Assembly: GCA_963796055.1 (NCBI GenBank)
Contig: CAWCKH010000004.1
Span: 864,001 to 928,000 of the forward strand
Source: an uncultured delta proteobacterium
GTDB lineage: Bacteria; Myxococcota; Myxococcia; Myxococcales; Myxococcaceae
Direction: 5' to 3'
DNA: 64,000 bases
Shown one piece after another: positions 59,923 through 64,000 of this stretch (position 1 is the stretch's first letter; each line of letters opens with the position of its first letter). The position numbers were made by a program, and so were the translations under genes. The notes below the pieces were generated by a model. The model was not told where the DNA came from, did not search any database, and worked only from the letters and a program-made list of their open reading frames with translations.

Positions 59923-61437
59923 TCAGTAATAGCGCTTCCGCTTGCTGCTGGGCAGCACGCCCAGCACCTCGCGGTACTTCGCCACCGTGCGCCGGGCGAT
60001 GTCGATGCCCTGCGCGCGGAGCAGCTCGACGATCTTCTGGTCCGAGTAGGGGCTCCGGGCGTCCTCGGCGGCGACGATCAGCTTGATGTGGTTCTTCACT
60101 GCCTCGCTGGCGATGTCGTCGCCGGCCACCCGGGCGATCGAGCTGTTGAAGAAGTACTTCAGCTCGAAGATCCCCTGCGGGGTGTGCACGTACTTGGCGG
60201 TGGTGACCCGGCTCACCGTCGACTCGTGCATCCCGATGTCCTCGGCCACGTCGCGGAGGATGAGCGGCTTGAGGTAGGCGATGCCCTTGTCCAGGAAGTC
60301 CCGCTGGAACTTCACGATGCTCTCGGTGACCTTGTAGATGGTCCGCTGGCGCTGGTGGATGCTGCGGATCAGCCACTGCGCCGAGCGCATCTTGTCCTGG
60401 ATGAACTCCTTGGCCTTGGGGTTCTTTCCCGCGCCGTCGCGCAGCGCCGCCCGGTACATCGCCGAGATGCGGAGCTTGCTGAGGCCGTCGTCGTTCAGCA
60501 CGACGGTGTACTCCTCCCCCAGCTTGTAGACGAAGACGTCCGGGGTGATGTACTGCGCGTCCTCGCCCGACCAGTTGCGGCCCGGCTTGGGGTCCAGCTT
60601 GGCGAGCAGCTTGCTGGCCTCCACCACGTCCTGGAGGTTGATCTTCAGCTCCCGGGCGATGGCCGGCAGGTTCTTCGACTCGAGCAGCTTGAGGTAGCGC
60701 TTGAGGATGATGGACAGCAGCTGCGCCCGGGTGTCCTTGAGCGCGGCGGCCTGGATCAGCAGGCACTCCTGGAGGTCGCGGGCGCCGCAGCCCTTGGGCT
60801 CGAGCTGGTGGATCTTCCGCAGGGTCCGCTCGGCCAGCACGACGGACACGTCGGCCTCGTTGGCCAGCCGGATGAGCGGGTCTCCCTCGACGTCGGCCAG
60901 CTTGAGGTAGCCGTCGTCGTCGAGGTTGTAGAGGATCTGCGAGGCGATCCGCTGCTCGGCGTCGTTGAGCTTGAGGAAGCCCAGCTGCGCCTCGAGGTGC
61001 CGCGCCAGGTCCTCCCGCTCGACCAGGTTGGCCTCGAAGCTGGGGAGGTCCTCGGTGGCGACGTTGTTCTTGTTGGAGGGGGTGGTGGGCTCGTTGAACT
61101 GGTAGCTGTTGAAGTAAGCGTCCCAGTCGATCTCGGGGGAGGCGTCGCCCTTGACCTCCTCGGCGTTCTCGGGCGCCTTGGCCGCCTCCAGCGCCTCCGT
61201 CGTGGGGGTCTCCGCGTTCGCGGCCTCGAGGCTGGCCTCCCCGGGGGCCTTCTCGTCGAGGTTGCCGTCGGCCGTCTCTTCGGGCTGCTCGAGGAGGGGG
61301 TTGGTCTCCATCTCCTCGCGGACCGTCTCGAGGAGCTCCATCCGGGACAGCTGTAGCAGCTTGATCGCTTGCTGCAGCTGGGGAGTCATCACCAGCGTCT
61401 GCGTCAGGCGAAGGCTCTGCTTCAGTTCCATTGCCAT
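59923..61437 (-). CDS. rpoN: RNA polymerase sigma-54 factor
   Basis: MTPQLQQAIKLLQLS, HESTVSR, RpoN box ARRTVAKYRE. Confidence 0.98.
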   Translation of the reverse strand: MAMELKQSLRLTQTLVMTPQLQQAIKLLQLSRMELLETVREEMETNPLLEQPEETADGNLDEKAPGEASLEAANAETPTTEALEAAKAPENAEEVKGDASPEIDWDAYFNSYQFNEPTTPSNKNNVATEDLPSFEANLVEREDLARHLEAQLGFLKLNDAEQRIASQILYNLDDDGYLKLADVEGDPLIRLANEADVSVVLAERTLRKIHQLEPKGCGARDLQECLLIQAAALKDTRAQLLSIILKRYLKLLESKNLPAIARELKINLQDVVEASKLLAKLDPKPGRNWSGEDAQYITPDVFVYKLGEEYTVVLNDDGLSKLRISAMYRAALRDGAGKNPKAKEFIQDKMRSAQWLIRSIHQRQRTIYKVTESIVKFQRDFLDKGIAYLKPLILRDVAEDIGMHESTVSRVTTAKYVHTPQGIFELKYFFNSSIARVAGDDIASEAVKNHIKLIVAAEDARSPYSDQKIVELLRAQGIDIARRTVAKYREVLGVLPSSKRKRYY

Positions 61438-61459
61438 GAGAGGCGCGTCCCGGTCTTAC

Positions 61460-61475
61460 ATCAAAGACCGTGCCA
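61460..61475 (-). promoter_or_regulatory. Sigma54-like -24/-12 site directly upstream of rpoN
   Basis: TGGCAC-GGTCT-TTGAT on the minus strand (GA instead of GC at -12). Confidence 0.55.
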
Positions 61476-61604
61476 AGCTACCAACGTCCACGAAGTGGCG
61501 TCCAGCACCGATGGCTCGGACGGCAGGTTGGTGACAGATTTCCCAGGAATTTTGGGCGATTCTGCGCGCGCTGACTTGACATCACGGGGGGTGTCTGATT
61601 GCGC

Positions 61605-61620
61605 TGGCGCGTGTCGTGCA
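61605..61620 (+). promoter_or_regulatory. Sigma54-like -24/-12 site divergent from rpoN
   Basis: TGGCGC-GTGTC-GTGCA, with exact GG-N10-GC spacing. Confidence 0.4.
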
Positions 61621-61780
61621 AGCGCACACCGAGGGTCCGCTCGGCGCGTCGGATCCGTCCGCAGGGCCATTCGCCTGGAATGCGGCGCGTTTCTGGCATG
61701 CGACCCGGGCGTACATGCGACGGCTGATCCGCCATCTCGCTTGAGCGCGGGCGAGACGGGCGCTGCGGAGGCTTGCTGGA

Positions 61781-61991
61781 GGCTTCTCGGAGCTGCCTGG
61801 CCCCGAGGACGTCGGGGGCTGTGGGCCCGCAGCGTCGGGGCAAGCACGGGGCGGCCTGCGCGACCTTGGACGCTCCGGAGACGAGCCGCGGCGGCTTCTC
61901 GGAGCTGCCTGGCCCTGAGGACGCCGTGGGCTGCGGGGCTCGCACCGCCGGGGCAAGCACGGAGCGGCCTGCGCGACCTCGGACGCTCCGG
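61781..61991. repeat. Imperfect direct repeat, two copies of about 98 bp, period 112
   Basis: GGCTTCTCGGAGCTGCCTGGCCC...GGGGCAAGCACGG.GCGGCCTGCGCGACCT.GGACGCTCCGG at 61781-61878 and 61893-61991. Confidence 0.88.
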
Positions 61992-62306
61992 GTGCGCACG
62001 GCGGCGCTCGTCCGTTCCGCTCGGTCGGGCCAGGCCGTTGACGCGGCATCGAACCAGTTCTCAGCCTCGGACTCCGCCCGACTGGCCGACCGATTTTGTG
62101 CTTGGAACCGCCTCCGGCATACCGAACCGGTCGCCGAGGCCGGGGCGGGGGGCCTGCCTGCGCGAATCATCATCGCCAGCTGCGACAACCCGCCCGCGCC
62201 CGAGGCTCGAGGCCAGCGCCGGAGCAGCACGGCGCCGACACGCGCCCGCCCCTGCACCAGAGAACGCCCCCCGCGGCAGGGAGCGGGACCACACCATCGG
62301 GACAGC

Positions 62307-63041
62307 TCAGTCGATCAGCCGGAACCGCTCGCCCAGGTAGACGCTCCGCGCCCGTGGCGACTCTGCCAGGGTACGCGGCGTCCCCTCCTCGATCACCTGC
62401 CCCTGGGCGATCAGATACGCCCGATCCACGATCCGCAGCGTGTCCTGCACGTTGTGGTCGGTGATGAGCACGCCCAGTCCCCGCTCCTTGAGCCGCGCGA
62501 TCTGCCGCTGCAGATCGCCGACGTTGATCGGATCCACCCCGGCGAAAGGCTCGTCGAAGAGCATGAACCGCGGGGAGGGGATCAGCGACCGAGCGATCTC
62601 CGCCCGGCGGCGCTCACCGCCCGAGAGCTGCTCGCCGAGCGACTCGGCCACGGTGACCAGCCCGAACTCCTCGAGGAGCGCCTGCGCCCGGGCCTCCCGC
62701 GCCGCACGGCCCAGCGCATGGTCCAGCTCGAGCACCGCCAGGAAGTTCTGCCGGACGGTGAGCCGGCGGAAGATGGACGGCTCCTGCGGCAGATACCCGA
62801 GGCCCGCCCGCGCCCGGCGGTGGATGGGGAGCCCGGTGAGCTCCCTGTCACCGATCCACACCCGGCCGGCCTCCGCGGGGACCAGCCCCACCACCATGTT
62901 GAAGGTCGTGGTCTTCCCTGCCCCGTTGGGACCCAGCAGCCCGACGATCTCTCCCGGCGCGACCTCGAGTCGCACCCCGTCCACCACCCGCCGGCGGCGG
63001 TAGCTCTTCACCAGGCCCTCGGCGAGCAGCCGGTCCTGCAT
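62307..63041 (-). CDS. lptB: LPS export ABC transporter ATP-binding protein
   Basis: [47 protein letters not shown]. Confidence 0.96.
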   Translation of the reverse strand: MQDRLLAEGLVKSYRRRRVVDGVRLEVAPGEIVGLLGPNGAGKTTTFNMVVGLVPAEAGRVWIGDRELTGLPIHRRARAGLGYLPQEPSIFRRLTVRQNFLAVLELDHALGRAAREARAQALLEEFGLVTVAESLGEQLSGGERRRAEIARSLIPSPRFMLFDEPFAGVDPINVGDLQRQIARLKERGLGVLITDHNVQDTLRIVDRAYLIAQGQVIEEGTPRTLAESPRARSVYLGERFRLID

Positions 63042-63655
63042 CAGGGGACCTTCGCCGGGGGCGCCGGCGCGGGCTTCTTCTGGCCCGGCTCCTTGCCCTT
63101 GGACTCGAGGACGCCCTTCACCCGCTCCACCTCGATGAGGTCGGTGTCCACGTAGAACACCACCCGGTCGCCCTTCATGGTGTTGGTGCCCTGGCGCGCC
63201 TCGGGGTTGCCGGTGAGGATCAGGACCTCCTTCACCGTGTCGTAGTCGGCGTGGTCGCCCCTGGCCCAGCGGTCACCGTCCACCGCCACCACGTTCCCGA
63301 AGCACTCCAGCCGGGTGATCTCCGTGGCGTCCTTCCCCAGGTAGTGGCCGATGGAGCGGTCGCAGGTGAGCGTGGTGGTGTTGCGGACCATCTTCACGTG
63401 CCCGGTGCAGACGAACCGCTGCTGGGAGCCCTCCATCCGACCCTTGTCGCAGTCGACGAACACTGGATTCTCGGGCGTGGCGATCGCCGCACGACTGCCC
63501 TCGGCCGCAGCTGGAGTGCCGGTCTTCCCGGGCCGGGCCGGCACGGACTTCTTGCCCGCGGACGTCTGGGACCGGGCGGGGGTCGCCGTGAGGAGCAAGG
63601 CCAGGGATCCGACCGTGACCCACCGGCCGAAACGCGCGCCAGCGTCCAGCCTCAC
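63041..63655 (-). CDS. lptA: LPS transport periplasmic protein (LptA/OstA)
   Basis: Signal peptide; beta-jellyroll pattern TGHVKM...GNVV...LTGNP...GDRV; directly upstream of lptB. Confidence 0.85.
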   Translation of the reverse strand: MRLDAGARFGRWVTVGSLALLLTATPARSQTSAGKKSVPARPGKTGTPAAAEGSRAAIATPENPVFVDCDKGRMEGSQQRFVCTGHVKMVRNTTTLTCDRSIGHYLGKDATEITRLECFGNVVAVDGDRWARGDHADYDTVKEVLILTGNPEARQGTNTMKGDRVVFYVDTDLIEVERVKGVLESKGKEPGQKKPAPAPPAKVP

Positions 63656-63666
63656 CCCCCCGCGCC

Positions 63667-64000
63667 TCACAGCGCGCTCACCCGGCTCTGCACCCGATCG
63701 AACTCGTACAGGTCCTCGCGCAGATGCAGGTCGAATCCCTGCGCCCGGAGCCAGTACCCGTTCGGGCCCTTGACCTCGACCGGGCTCGTCCCGGTGGCGT
63801 GCATGGTGGGGGAGTCCAGGTGCGCGCGCTCGGTCCACCCCTGCAGCCCGGTGGGCGTCCGCAGCTGCACCCCACCCCACACGTCGATGCCGTTGGAGAG
63901 GAGATTGCCCCGCGCAGCTCGGGTCTCGATGCGGGTCGCGGGCGGTAGCCGCCCGGTGGACGCCGTCGCCTCGCGGGTGAGCACGTCGAGCGTTCCCGGG
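63667..64000 (-). CDS. lptC: Probable LptC (5' end outside the window)
   Basis: Beta-rich C-terminus (GGVQL...TERA...PVEVKG...AQGF); position before lptA-lptB. Confidence 0.6.
   Translation of the reverse strand, partial: PGTLDVLTREATASTGRLPPATRIETRAARGNLLSNGIDVWGGVQLRTPTGLQGWTERAHLDSPTMHATGTSPVEVKGPNGYWLRAQGFDLHLREDLYEFDRVQSRVSAL

Noticed and set aside
61369..62340. ORFs of 128-323 aa in the lptB-rpoN gap
   Set aside because: Low-complexity translations derived from the repeat, with no consistent codon bias or RBS

Overview
High-GC bacterial chromosome segment, most likely myxobacterial (Myxococcales-like). This rests on a TIGR02266-like PilZ-REC protein, a Ser/Thr kinase, a split nuo operon and the overall gene order. 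The housekeeping backbone is pyrG-kdsA, a signalling cluster (HTH-REC, DUF309/Zn-ribbon, Ser/Thr pseudokinase, PilZ-REC), nuoEF-JKLMN, selB, tesB, ssb, dacB, nhaA, pal-like, dtd, ptsN, hpf, rpoN and lptB/A/C. Accessory blocks are inserted into it. The 14.6-26.5 kb block has an HTH-VOC fusion, a TPR-NTF2 fusion, a BlaI / M56-peptidase-HEAT / secreted-HEAT module with visible operator boxes, and a TetR-controlled ABC exporter. The 32.5-46.8 kb block has a GST, a sugar-type ABC importer, a peroxiredoxin, a LolA-like plus Vps10-like pair and an RND pump. There is one IS30-family element with inverted repeats, a GAA target duplication and an internal amber stop. There are also several intergenic repeats and hairpins, and two +1 frameshifts that may be sequencing errors. 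The best candidate for an undescribed system is the BlaR1-like protease whose beta-lactam sensor is replaced by HEAT repeats, together with its co-transcribed secreted HEAT protein. No rRNA, tRNA or CRISPR array was recognised. All product calls come from motif recognition by eye, not from database searches.
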